Origin: a virus
Taxonomy: Duplodnaviria; Caudoviricetes
Reading direction: 5' to 3' (one strand)
IMG/VR virus record: IMGVR_UViG_3300033141_003975
Location: 1-61,348 of that record
DNA length: 61,348 bases
In this document: piece by piece, positions 8,394 to 17,623 of the stretch
Numbering within the stretch: the stretch's first letter is position 1
Layout of the letters: each line of letters opens with the position of its first letter
Made by a program: the position numbers and the translations under genes
The notes under the pieces: model-generated
Told to the model about the DNA's origin: nothing
The model's input: the letters and a program-made list of their open reading frames with translations, nothing else
The model's database searches: none

Positions 8394-8709
8394 TGGGTTC
8401 TCCTATTTTTCTGGGGGGGAAGTCTGAAGGGGGGGTTCCCCGAAGTTGTTTTTAGTGATACGCAATTATCGTACCATTACCAAATTTCCGCCAAAAACCC
8501 ACTCTAACTCTAGTCAAATCAGTTTTTTTGAATTTATTTTTGAAAAAAACCACTGTGTCATAATGGCCTAGTGATTTTTTGAAATCGTGCCTAAATGGCC
8601 CAAAGTAATTTACTATTTTTGTCAGGTATTATCTTCAAAAAATTATTCGCGAGGTATTTTATTGTTGAAGTCTAGTATGTAACAAAACGTTACAATTCGT
8701 ATTATATTT
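8394..8709 (-). promoter_or_regulatory. AT-rich intergenic control region with TGTAAC-N5-GTTACA palindrome (8678-8694)
   Basis: Non-coding gap between lysis and replication genes; shares motifs with 42875-42958. Confidence 0.55.
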
Positions 8710-9264
8710 TTACGTAAGTGTAACACGTTTCAACCACCCTCGAAGTGTGCGTTCATGGATATTATTTTTTCGTGTGAGGGTGATATAATGGTGCCCCTGC
8801 TCCGCGTTCAATGCTGTCAAAAATGCTTCACGATCTCCAGTGTCAAGCAGTGTCAGGAGCGCTGCGAATGTCTGGTGCCCCCATATTCCATCCTCTACAA
8901 TATCCCTAAACAATTCTCCTTGGCGGTTGAGTGCGTTTGCGACAACCTGTACTGATCGAATAGCAATAGCATTTCCACAATTAACGGCAAATTCAAAAAT
9001 TTGAAAAGCCACTTCCTGATCCGGTTGCCGATCCCCCCACACGACCCGCCAGAACTCATTGTTGTAGAAATCGAGGACGAATTGCCAAAGGCGGGGACTG
9101 GACCCTATACTCTCTCCGCAGTCGACGCGCTTCCACCCAGGCCATTTCGGATGCAAGCGTCTGGAGATCCCACAATAAGTCTCACCACCAAAGTCTTTGG
9201 GGTCCCTGGAATATTCCCCTTCCAGTTCGAGTAACTTACTCAAGGCTTGAGACAGATCCGCCAT
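8710..9264 (-). CDS. endolysin, glycoside hydrolase family 108 with C-terminal peptidoglycan-binding domain
   Basis: EGEYSRDPKDFGGETYCGI, AVNCG, DGIWG, GWLKRV. Confidence 0.9.
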   Translation of the reverse strand: MADLSQALSKLLELEGEYSRDPKDFGGETYCGISRRLHPKWPGWKRVDCGESIGSSPRLWQFVLDFYNNEFWRVVWGDRQPDQEVAFQIFEFAVNCGNAIAIRSVQVVANALNRQGELFRDIVEDGIWGHQTFAALLTLLDTGDREAFLTALNAEQGHHYITLTRKNNIHERTLRGWLKRVTLT

Positions 9265-9267
9265 GAC

Positions 9268-9555
9268 TCACTCCTTCAGCTTCTCATCTATTTCCCTTAG
9301 TTTCTCGTTTACATGCTTCAGCTCCTGCGTCACCTTTTCGACGAGGACGGCGTAACGTTTGTCTAATTCAGCTTGCATTGCCTGCAAGTCATTCAGTGTT
9401 GCTTTGTTGTAATTAAGTTGCGCTGCGACTGCATCCAGTTTGTCTGCATGTCTGACCTGTGTGGCCCATAATCCGGCAAGGAAGACTATTGCAAGAATAA
9501 GCGTTCTGATGTTCTCCATAAGCCAGCGCCCAAGTCCGTTCCCATTATTACGCAT
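9268..9555 (-). CDS. single-TM coiled-coil protein (holin/spanin candidate)
   Basis: One hydrophobic helix followed by coiled coil; adjacent to the endolysin. Confidence 0.55.
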   Translation of the reverse strand: MRNNGNGLGRWLMENIRTLILAIVFLAGLWATQVRHADKLDAVAAQLNYNKATLNDLQAMQAELDKRYAVLVEKVTQELKHVNEKLREIDEKLKE

Positions 9556-9557
9556 TG

Positions 9558-11507
9558 TTATCTCCTTTCTGCCATGTATTTGATTTCTGCTTTCAATGCC
9601 TCAACTTCGGCCTCAAGCTCTGTAATCCTCTCCTCCTGCCACTTCGTCATCAGCACGGTCTCATGAAGCATGGCGGTATCTCTCCGTCCGATTGTCTTCA
9701 CAGTTACACTCCCATCAGTCGCGCTCACAATTGCATGCTTCGCTTTCCACCGCTCAGGAAAAGTGTCATCTACGATAAGCTCAAACTGACTCGGCGCAAG
9801 ATTCGCTTCCTCTTTAATCCTCTCAATACAATCAACTGTCGTGAGGACTGACTTTGCCTGCACAATTGGCAGTTTGATTTCGTATGAGATCTGGTTCGAG
9901 ATCTTCCTTGCTTTCCTCTTCTCAAACCCTTGCGGACGAATGGCCTGGAAAGCCGCCTTAATGGATGCTTTTTCATCCGCAGTTATCTCGTGCAGCCCAT
10001 CCTTATTTTCGGGGAAACAAGCATAGGTATCCCAGCCGTCGGCTATTGCATTCCCTCCGCCCTGCTTCACGGAGAGTATGTTTGGTGGGTCCGTCACCCC
10101 AATACCAAAATTCCCATCATTGTCTATTACCGCCCTTTGTTCAGCTCCAGTGCTTGCCGTTTTCCCCGTACTTGGAGCCGTGTAAAACTGAATCTCTGTT
10201 GCTGAGGTTTGGATTGACGATTTGCCTCCAACAACAACGATATTCTCACCGTTCTCATTATAGGCTGAAATCATTAACACTTCCTCTTCACTTGTGTCAT
10301 AGGCGGGAACGATAATACCTCCATGTTTTGCAGTATCATCAGCGTTGCTATCTGTAATTCTCAAAGGCCAATCGCCAAGAATATCTACGAGAGCTTTTGG
10401 ATTCGTCGTTCCAATACCAAAATAACCGTTACTGCCAATAACAGCCTTATCCGACGTCCCTATCTGAAAAGTATGCTTACCCCCACTCGGTGCTCTATGC
10501 ACAAGCCGATCATTACTATCTATCCAAAGCATAGACTCAACGGAACCTCCAGAATTTCTACCTTCAATTCGATCTGAATCATTCCTATTCAAAAGCACAT
10601 CACCAACAACCGTAAGTCTCCTATCCGCAGATGTCGTCCCGAGAGCGACGTAACTCTGCGTGCTGATGTCATTCCCATCATCAAACGTCCAATAAGTCGA
10701 TGAGGTACCAACACGTTTGTCATCTGAAAGAATAATATGGTCTGTCGATGTGATCCCATCAAACGTCGGCGTACTCGTCGTCAGCACGTTCTGATCCATA
10801 TCATATAACTCATTCGCTCCCTGCCCCGTATTCAATGTCGAAGCAGACAACCCTCCACTAACACTCATCCCTCCTTCCAGACTCAAATCCCCAGTATCGC
10901 CATTAAGAATCATAGCGTCGGGATTCGTGTCCGAGTGCCACTTGAAGTAAGCATCGGAAGTGAAGTCGAAGGCAAGTGACGAGACACCCAGCTTATAACT
11001 ACCACTATAGAGAGATATCTTGTCCCCAGTCAGATCTGGGAATTGAATCGGCGCCGAGGCAAAAATAAGGGTTCCTGGTGCCAACCCATTCCAGGTAGGG
11101 TCAATATAAATATCCCGCGCTGCCGTCCACATAGCATAGTCCCCGTTGTGGTGGAGCCAGAAATAATCATCAAGCGCTCCTCCAATCCTCACCCCACTAT
11201 ACCCTCCAAACCCATTCATCACGGCTACGGAATTACCAAACACGGCCCCAGACGGCGCCAATACTTCCGCCCCAGCCGGAACAGTCCCTATTCTGAGATC
11301 CTGAAACTCCCCTGTCGTGGATGAAATAGTCGTTGTCACCGACAACACACTCACAGATACTTCACCGGTACCAAAATTGATATCCTGATTTACAGGGATA
11401 GCCCCGTTGATATCCACCTCGGGATTGATACCGTAGGCCCTATCCCGTCCCTGTGCCCAACTAGTGCTTGCTACCAACAGCATTACTACCAGAATCTTCG
11501 CTCTCAT
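9558..11507 (-). CDS. tail fibre/spike-like protein with N-terminal signal peptide and C-terminal S74-like chaperone/coiled coil
   Basis: GGAGG RBS before ATG 11507, MRAKILVVMLLVASTSWA-Q; GxxGIGTTxP repeats; WDTY...K...IRP and terminal coiled coil. Confidence 0.75.
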   Translation of the reverse strand: MRAKILVVMLLVASTSWAQGRDRAYGINPEVDINGAIPVNQDINFGTGEVSVSVLSVTTTISSTTGEFQDLRIGTVPAGAEVLAPSGAVFGNSVAVMNGFGGYSGVRIGGALDDYFWLHHNGDYAMWTAARDIYIDPTWNGLAPGTLIFASAPIQFPDLTGDKISLYSGSYKLGVSSLAFDFTSDAYFKWHSDTNPDAMILNGDTGDLSLEGGMSVSGGLSASTLNTGQGANELYDMDQNVLTTSTPTFDGITSTDHIILSDDKRVGTSSTYWTFDDGNDISTQSYVALGTTSADRRLTVVGDVLLNRNDSDRIEGRNSGGSVESMLWIDSNDRLVHRAPSGGKHTFQIGTSDKAVIGSNGYFGIGTTNPKALVDILGDWPLRITDSNADDTAKHGGIIVPAYDTSEEEVLMISAYNENGENIVVVGGKSSIQTSATEIQFYTAPSTGKTASTGAEQRAVIDNDGNFGIGVTDPPNILSVKQGGGNAIADGWDTYACFPENKDGLHEITADEKASIKAAFQAIRPQGFEKRKARKISNQISYEIKLPIVQAKSVLTTVDCIERIKEEANLAPSQFELIVDDTFPERWKAKHAIVSATDGSVTVKTIGRRDTAMLHETVLMTKWQEERITELEAEVEALKAEIKYMAERR

Positions 11508-11853
11508 CTTGCAACCTCCGTATTTCCTTTTGTAGGCTTTGGATTCTACCCGACAATTCGCTTTGCTCGGCACTAAGCCTCGTAATTGCAGCATTCCTCC
11601 TCAACAACTCCAAATACAATTCATTCTTCAACAACTCCTCGTGAATACTATCCCGTTCAGCTCTCAGCAACAGTATCTGATTTAGGAGCTGCCGCACTTG
11701 CTCTTGCAATTGCTGCATATCCGCTCGTGCCTGTTGAAGCGCTTGTACGGGTACGGCATCAAATGTCCGCGTCGCATTCCGTACCAAACCCACGTCCTGT
11801 GCCACTGTTGTCAAGCCGAATGCCAAAATCAAACCCAACACATAATTCTTCAT
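11461..11853 (-). CDS. signal-peptide coiled-coil protein
   Basis: MKNYVLGLILAFGLTTVA-Q followed by a long heptad repeat. Confidence 0.7.
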   Translation of the reverse strand: MKNYVLGLILAFGLTTVAQDVGLVRNATRTFDAVPVQALQQARADMQQLQEQVRQLLNQILLLRAERDSIHEELLKNELYLELLRRNAAITRLSAEQSELSGRIQSLQKEIRRLQDESEDSGSNAVGSKH

Positions 11854-11869
11854 TTCCTTACCCTTTCTA

Positions 11870-14800
11870 TTATTGAAATTTGGTCAAGTTTACGTAATAA
11901 GTATTACCAGGATCGCTTGCAAACTCAATCAATAATCGCGGCGTTCCCTGCCCGTTGAAGTCCAACCACAATGCTCCAGATCCTGACGGGATAGGCAGAG
12001 AGTTGTTTGCTCCGTCTAAAAGAAACAAAGTCGCACAATAAACCCCGCGTTGGTTTGAGCCGAAATCCCCCACTTCAACACCACTGTATGGCACACTCAG
12101 GGTCGAGTTCATAACATGTGCACTGCTGGGGTTGGAGTCCAGCTTCAACAATGTGGTTCCAGCATTGGATTTGAAATAGATATCCCCGTTGGAGGTCCTT
12201 TCACGTATAGATTCTACACCCAAATATGTTCCGCCATTCATCGTGAAGCTATCGCGGTGATCCCCCCAACTAAATGCAGCATTCCAATTGTCCGCCTTTG
12301 CCAACCGTGCTTCGTCCAAGGTCCCTGATGTGATATTATCCGCACTTGTCCACGGTGTACTGCCATCGCTAAGCTTTTTATCACGCAAATAATTGACCTC
12401 GGTTTGAGTGAAGTCGTCAGCTGGCATCACCACATCCAACTCGCTTCCATCCCAGGTCAAAAACCCCCCAGCTATCTGACTCCCTCTCTCGGCATAGGCT
12501 GTATCCCAGTTACTGGAGTTGTCAGCAATCAGGGTATATGCAGGCCCTGTCGTTCTCACCATTATCCCCGTGCCGGATGAGTAGTGGAAATCCATTGCTG
12601 CTTTGACATTATCCCAATCAGTTACATCGGCACCGTCCTCAATTCCATCCAGCTTATTACCATCGCCTGAAATATCTCTACCATCTACAAGACCGCTTAC
12701 CGATATGTTGCCGGAAACCGTCACGTTACCAGACACACCCAAGCTCGAAAGACCGGAAATCGTCCCTCCCGATGCTGTGAGACTGTCAACGGTTATGTTA
12801 TCCACATCCAGGGTATTGGTGTTGTAGTCGTAAGTGAATGCGGCTTCTGACGACAACGTAACCGAGTCCACCCAGAAAGCCACTCTCTTATCCGCTCCAC
12901 TGCCTCCAACAGAGCCACTCCCACCCCCAGCTATACCATCCACATAACCCTTGGTAGCTGCGTCATCCGCAAGTGTGGGAGTATCGAGATTTGTGATTTT
13001 GTGACCACCAACGTCCAACTCCCCACCTATATTTAATCCTGCTTGGAATGTATAAGTCGAAGCCGACGCAAACACTCCTGCCGTGATGTCGCTCGCAGGG
13101 TGTGTGTGGTTGCCTTCCAGAGCATAGCGTCCGTCGAGATCCTCGAATTGGTCCGACGTGCCGCTCATGTGGGCAGTCAGGATGCCTGTGTTGGTATCAA
13201 AGGACAACCCTGTCAAGTAATAGTTTGGCTTGTTCGTCCACTGCAAACTATTCCCTGCTCCAGCTGTCAACACATACCCCGCATAACTCGTACCGGCATC
13301 CAATTCGTCATTTGTCACAGAATTACTTGGTACGTCTTGGAGAAAAGAACTTGAGTCTATGCCATCGAGGGTGTCGGCATTGACCGAGGTCAAGCTTGAG
13401 CCATTCCCCGAGAAATTATCGGCTGTGAGTGTGTTTGTGTTGTAGTTGTATGTGAAGGCTGCTTCCCCAGACAATGTCACGGAATCAATCCAATAGGCGA
13501 CTTGCTGATCTGAACCATACCCACCAACGGACCCGCTCCCGCCTCCGGCAGCTCCGTCAACATAAGCCTTTGTAGCAGCTTCATCAGAGAAAACCGGTGA
13601 TTGCAACCCCCTCAATCTCCCAGTACTTTGTAAATCAATACCAGTAAAGTATCCGGTTGCCTCGGCGATCACTTCCCCTGACAGAGCATCTATTTTGAAA
13701 GCATCAGTATTCTCGTTGGAATGGAACTTATGCCACCTGTCCGAATAATAGTCAACGTCCTCATAACTCACAGCAATCTTGTAGACACTCCCATAAAGGT
13801 AGATTTTGTCGTCGTAGGTATCAGCACCAAACTGAAACTGTCCATTCGCTGTCACATCGCCCCCGCCAATAATGTCATCCTTCACCGTGACGTCACCCTC
13901 AGTGCCGTCAATAACGAGCAAGTCACTCAGAGTGTCGGAATGGAATCTGTGATTCAGATCCGAGGTATAGTCAATATCATTCTCCGACACCCCTATTTTG
14001 TAATTAGCCCCATGCAGATACACTTTATCCCCGTATGCGTCGGGGGTAAAGCGCAAAGCCGCATCCGACAAAAACACATCAGACCCATCGGGGTCGAGAT
14101 ACAAATCCCCTGCTGTGCTCACATACCCATCCCCTCCGCTCTCATACATAGTCACTTTCCAAGGATTCCCTATCTGAAAACTCGCACCGAGAATTGTTGC
14201 ATTCGGGAACAACAACTTCGTAGCTCCTACTGACCCTTGCACTGTATGAGCAACACTTGTAGCCGTCATGACTTCCCCGCTCAGGGACCAATCCCCGTCA
14301 TTCCCAGTAATCCCACCCCCACCTCCTGTGGCTGTCAAATCATACGTAACCCCGTTCTGGTCCTCAAAATATAACTTGTCATCATCTGTGTCATAATAAA
14401 CCAACCCATACCCTGCTATATTCGTCGGGGTATTCGACTGCCCCTTTATTGCTTGATAACCTTCTATGGTCCAGGCTGCATCAGTTATTGCCCCCACTCC
14501 CCCTTTCTTATTTGATTGCAAATACAAAACCTCGGTGCCGTAGTCGAGGTTGCTGTCGCGGAGACCTATAGTGAGTCGTGTGTGTGCGGCACCTCCGGCA
14601 TGTGACCATCTGTCAAGCAAAAACTCGGCTGCCAAGTCAAAGATATAGGTGCCGTAATACCCACCCTCACGACCGAGTACAAGTGCTGGCTCGGGATCAT
14701 TCAATGTCCCGTCCGGTTCAGTGCTTCGACTATTGGTGCGGAAGAACCCTGGTACAGGTCCATATCCTCCAGCCGTGACACTATGCCAGTCGGATAACGA

Positions 14801-16162
14801 ATAATACCCCATAGCATATAAGGCTTCCCCAACCTGAAATCTCGCTTGCGCATCTTGGTCACTATCCGTAACCGAAACCCTCCCATTCCCTTCTATATTG
14901 ATTCTCACTTCATTACTCGTCTTGAATCCAAGCGCATAACTATCGGTATTCCCCAATGTCCTATCTGCTCCCCCAGCCTCCCCTCCATTCTGAAAGTCAG
15001 GCTCAATCACCGCGCTGTCTACGTAATTCTTCGTAGCTGCATCACTATTGGATTGAGGCTCACCAACAGATGTCAATCTATGCGAGCCAAAGCTCACACT
15101 GCCGTTGAATGACCCGCCGGAACCAAAATCCCCTCTACCCCCCACCTCTATATTCCCTTCAAGAGACGCGCTCCCAACATCAGCATTAAACACAACTCCA
15201 TTCAGGTTCTCGTCGCTGTGGAATCGAAAGTAGAGGTCGGAAGTGAGGTCGAAATCCTGTGGTGATATCCCGATTTTGTAAGTATCTGAATAGAACGACA
15301 CCTTGTCCTCAAACTCATCCTCAAACACGACTTCCGCCTGAGGCACAATAACCCCGCTTGCAACTCCGCCCCATGTTGGATCGAGATAGATATCCCGCCA
15401 TGAACTTAGTCGCACGTAAGCCCCGTCATGGTATAAACGAAAATAGTCTGTTGCGTCTTTGCCAATAAATATCCCACTTTGCGGGCCAGTCCCGTTCAAT
15501 ACAGCTATTCCATTACCGAAGATCGACCCTGTTGGTATTAAATTTTCTGCATTGTCCGGCACATCGCCCATACGCAGATCCGTCAGATATCCACTAGCCG
15601 CATGAATTGCTCGTGCCGCCGCGAAGTCCCGCTCGACCGTAGCATCCCCAACATCCGCATCCAACACCATTGCGTCATTGTTCGTGTCTGAGTGCCATTT
15701 AATATATTGCTCAGACGTAATGTCCAAGTCATACGGTGAGATACCAATCTTGTACATATCGGAGTAGAAGGTGATTTTGTCGCCAAGATAGTCTTCAAAC
15801 ACCACGGTCGCGCACGGCACAATAACTGCATTCACCGCACCCTCCCATGTAGGATCAATGTAAATATCACGTGCAGACATCCACCGCGCGTAACTCCCAT
15901 CATGGTAGATACGGAAATAATCCGACGACTTCCCTACCTTAATCCCAGCATCACTGCCAAACCCACCAAATATATGTACGGAAGTGGCGTCCAGGATATT
16001 GGCATGGAGTGTCCCCAAGATCCAATTATTGGCGAAGCGCGACAGGACCCTCGGGTCCCCAGGCCCAGGCTGCCCCTGCACACTATTTGGTCTGATAGTG
16101 CACCACAACAGCAGCACCATCAGGAGGTGTAATGCGAAATTCGATGTTCTTGAGTTTCCCAT
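11870..16162 (-). CDS. long tail fibre/adhesin with DAATKxYVD neck motifs and internal repeats; putative signal peptide
   Basis: Three (D/E)AATKxYVD motifs, four DK.FYS..YKIG.S..D.D.TSD...FHSD repeats, duplicated GGGSGSVGG...YNTNTL block. Start 16162 is inferred (ORF opens at 16213). Confidence 0.78.
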   Translation of the reverse strand: MGNSRTSNFALHLLMVLLLWCTIRPNSVQGQPGPGDPRVLSRFANNWILGTLHANILDATSVHIFGGFGSDAGIKVGKSSDYFRIYHDGSYARWMSARDIYIDPTWEGAVNAVIVPCATVVFEDYLGDKITFYSDMYKIGISPYDLDITSEQYIKWHSDTNNDAMVLDADVGDATVERDFAAARAIHAASGYLTDLRMGDVPDNAENLIPTGSIFGNGIAVLNGTGPQSGIFIGKDATDYFRLYHDGAYVRLSSWRDIYLDPTWGGVASGVIVPQAEVVFEDEFEDKVSFYSDTYKIGISPQDFDLTSDLYFRFHSDENLNGVVFNADVGSASLEGNIEVGGRGDFGSGGSFNGSVSFGSHRLTSVGEPQSNSDAATKNYVDSAVIEPDFQNGGEAGGADRTLGNTDSYALGFKTSNEVRINIEGNGRVSVTDSDQDAQARFQVGEALYAMGYYSLSDWHSVTAGGYGPVPGFFRTNSRSTEPDGTLNDPEPALVLGREGGYYGTYIFDLAAEFLLDRWSHAGGAAHTRLTIGLRDSNLDYGTEVLYLQSNKKGGVGAITDAAWTIEGYQAIKGQSNTPTNIAGYGLVYYDTDDDKLYFEDQNGVTYDLTATGGGGGITGNDGDWSLSGEVMTATSVAHTVQGSVGATKLLFPNATILGASFQIGNPWKVTMYESGGDGYVSTAGDLYLDPDGSDVFLSDAALRFTPDAYGDKVYLHGANYKIGVSENDIDYTSDLNHRFHSDTLSDLLVIDGTEGDVTVKDDIIGGGDVTANGQFQFGADTYDDKIYLYGSVYKIAVSYEDVDYYSDRWHKFHSNENTDAFKIDALSGEVIAEATGYFTGIDLQSTGRLRGLQSPVFSDEAATKAYVDGAAGGGSGSVGGYGSDQQVAYWIDSVTLSGEAAFTYNYNTNTLTADNFSGNGSSLTSVNADTLDGIDSSSFLQDVPSNSVTNDELDAGTSYAGYVLTAGAGNSLQWTNKPNYYLTGLSFDTNTGILTAHMSGTSDQFEDLDGRYALEGNHTHPASDITAGVFASASTYTFQAGLNIGGELDVGGHKITNLDTPTLADDAATKGYVDGIAGGGSGSVGGSGADKRVAFWVDSVTLSSEAAFTYDYNTNTLDVDNITVDSLTASGGTISGLSSLGVSGNVTVSGNISVSGLVDGRDISGDGNKLDGIEDGADVTDWDNVKAAMDFHYSSGTGIMVRTTGPAYTLIADNSSNWDTAYAERGSQIAGGFLTWDGSELDVVMPADDFTQTEVNYLRDKKLSDGSTPWTSADNITSGTLDEARLAKADNWNAAFSWGDHRDSFTMNGGTYLGVESIRERTSNGDIYFKSNAGTTLLKLDSNPSSAHVMNSTLSVPYSGVEVGDFGSNQRGVYCATLFLLDGANNSLPIPSGSGALWLDFNGQGTPRLLIEFASDPGNTYYVNLTKFQ

Positions 16163-17255
16163 TAGTATCCGCCCTCTCGTAGTATTGCCCATAAGGGTTA
16201 GTGTCTGCGTCATAACGTGTCCAAGACTGCGTCCCCACAGTCACTCGCGTTGTTCCTGGCACAAACTCATCATCAAGCTCCACCACTCCGCCATAGCTCG
16301 CATGACTATACTCTACTCCATACACTTGCCATTGCCGCTGCCCACTAGCTAGGGCTCCTATTGGCAACAGATATCTGTGCTCGATAACGTCGGTGGCAGC
16401 TGGTGGTCCTTTTACAAAACGGTAATAGCGGTGGTTCCCGAGCTCTTCGTAAGACAGCCCAGGCATCTGCCTAAGCCTATTTACGTAAACCTGCAAAGTC
16501 CCTTCCGCGTATGGTTGCTGGGTGCTAAACAGATTAACCTCACCATCGGGGCTTATTGCCGGTCGTCTGTCCGAGGGACGATTAAGCATCCCATCCGAGC
16601 GAGGCTCGATATAGTCGTGCCATACGACATCAGTAGCGTAGGGTGTCCACGTGAACGTATACCCCTTCCGGTCCGAATCCTCCTCATAATCAATACCTCT
16701 GCGCATAATTCTACCATTTACAAACACGCATAGGGTCCCCGACGCAAAATTATACTTCGTACTGAAATGCTTCTGCCCGTCCCCTGTCCCCTCGCTGGGC
16801 ACTTCGCCCCAGTGATGCGAAACAAAGCCCCAAGACGTGTAGGGCTCGAAACGGTGCGTTACGACTTCCCCTTGTCTCGGGGCCACCATCATTGTGTAAT
16901 ACCCGCCTGACTCATCCACTGTGTAGTCTATGTCTTTGTATTGGAGCAAGCCATTCACCCAAACATCGACACTGTCGGGGTTGACGGAGTAGGGGAAGGT
17001 GAAGATAGTCCTGGAACCATCTGGTGTCTCCGGCGGCGACTCAGAGCCTCCATTTGAGGCAGGGAAGAGGTTCAGCCAGCTGCCTGTGGCGGGGTCGAGG
17101 ACTTGAAGCACATGCGTCCAGCAACCGTCCCTGAGTGTGGCATTATCTCTGAACCCAAACTCCCTCGGGTCTTTCTGCTCGGCACCATCAGGCAGAGGTT
17201 GCCGTACAATTACCTCATCCGCCACCAAATATCTGACTTCTTTGACCAGGCTCAT
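16083..17255 (-). CDS. tail-associated protein with three ~75-aa beta repeats
   Basis: VWVNGLLQ..IDY, VFVNGRIM..IDY and VYVNRLRQ..LSY repeats. Confidence 0.7.
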   Translation of the reverse strand: MSLVKEVRYLVADEVIVRQPLPDGAEQKDPREFGFRDNATLRDGCWTHVLQVLDPATGSWLNLFPASNGGSESPPETPDGSRTIFTFPYSVNPDSVDVWVNGLLQYKDIDYTVDESGGYYTMMVAPRQGEVVTHRFEPYTSWGFVSHHWGEVPSEGTGDGQKHFSTKYNFASGTLCVFVNGRIMRRGIDYEEDSDRKGYTFTWTPYATDVVWHDYIEPRSDGMLNRPSDRRPAISPDGEVNLFSTQQPYAEGTLQVYVNRLRQMPGLSYEELGNHRYYRFVKGPPAATDVIEHRYLLPIGALASGQRQWQVYGVEYSHASYGGVVELDDEFVPGTTRVTVGTQSWTRYDADTNPYGQYYERADTNGKLKNIEFRITPPDGAAVVVHYQTK

Positions 17256-17264
17256 CTGACTCTC

Positions 17265-17621
17265 TTAGGCTAATCCCACTTCCACCCAACTCGACTCATT
17301 CCACACCAACAACTTATTCTCATCCTCAACCCACTTAATCAATCCGGCAAAGGGTGAAAGAAATGACCAAAGTCCGTTGTGGAAATAGGCAAGATCGTTA
17401 TCCAAGGCTCTCTCGCCCCAACCATCCGAACCACCACCACCAGAGGCTACAATATACAAATCCCCTTCTGCGGGTGACGTCGGAGGAGAAGTCCTCGTCC
17501 TGTTCTTCACGGGTGTTAATAGAAAAGCTGCAAGAACAAACAGATTGGTGTTGTAGTGCTGGTAAGCAGCTGTCGTGTTGGAGCTGAGTAATGAAAGGAA
17601 ACCGTCTGGTGTCCTAGCCAT
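17265..17621 (-). CDS. DUF2793-like tail protein
   Basis: PPTSPAEGDLYIVA...W...LAYF.NG.WSF..P..G...WVEDE pattern; position after the tail tip gene. Confidence 0.8.
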   Translation of the reverse strand: MARTPDGFLSLLSSNTTAAYQHYNTNLFVLAAFLLTPVKNRTRTSPPTSPAEGDLYIVASGGGGSDGWGERALDNDLAYFHNGLWSFLSPFAGLIKWVEDENKLLVWNESSWVEVGLA

Positions 17622-17623
17622 AA

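Noticed and set aside
11870-16162. Fibre repeats as a diversity-generating retroelement target
   Set aside because: No reverse transcriptase; the repeats are old protein-level duplications, not adenine-specific TR/VR pairs.
11870-16162. Trimeric autotransporter
   Set aside because: Neck-like motifs and a leader are present, but I could not recognise a YadA-type C-terminal anchor, and such motifs also occur in phage fibres.
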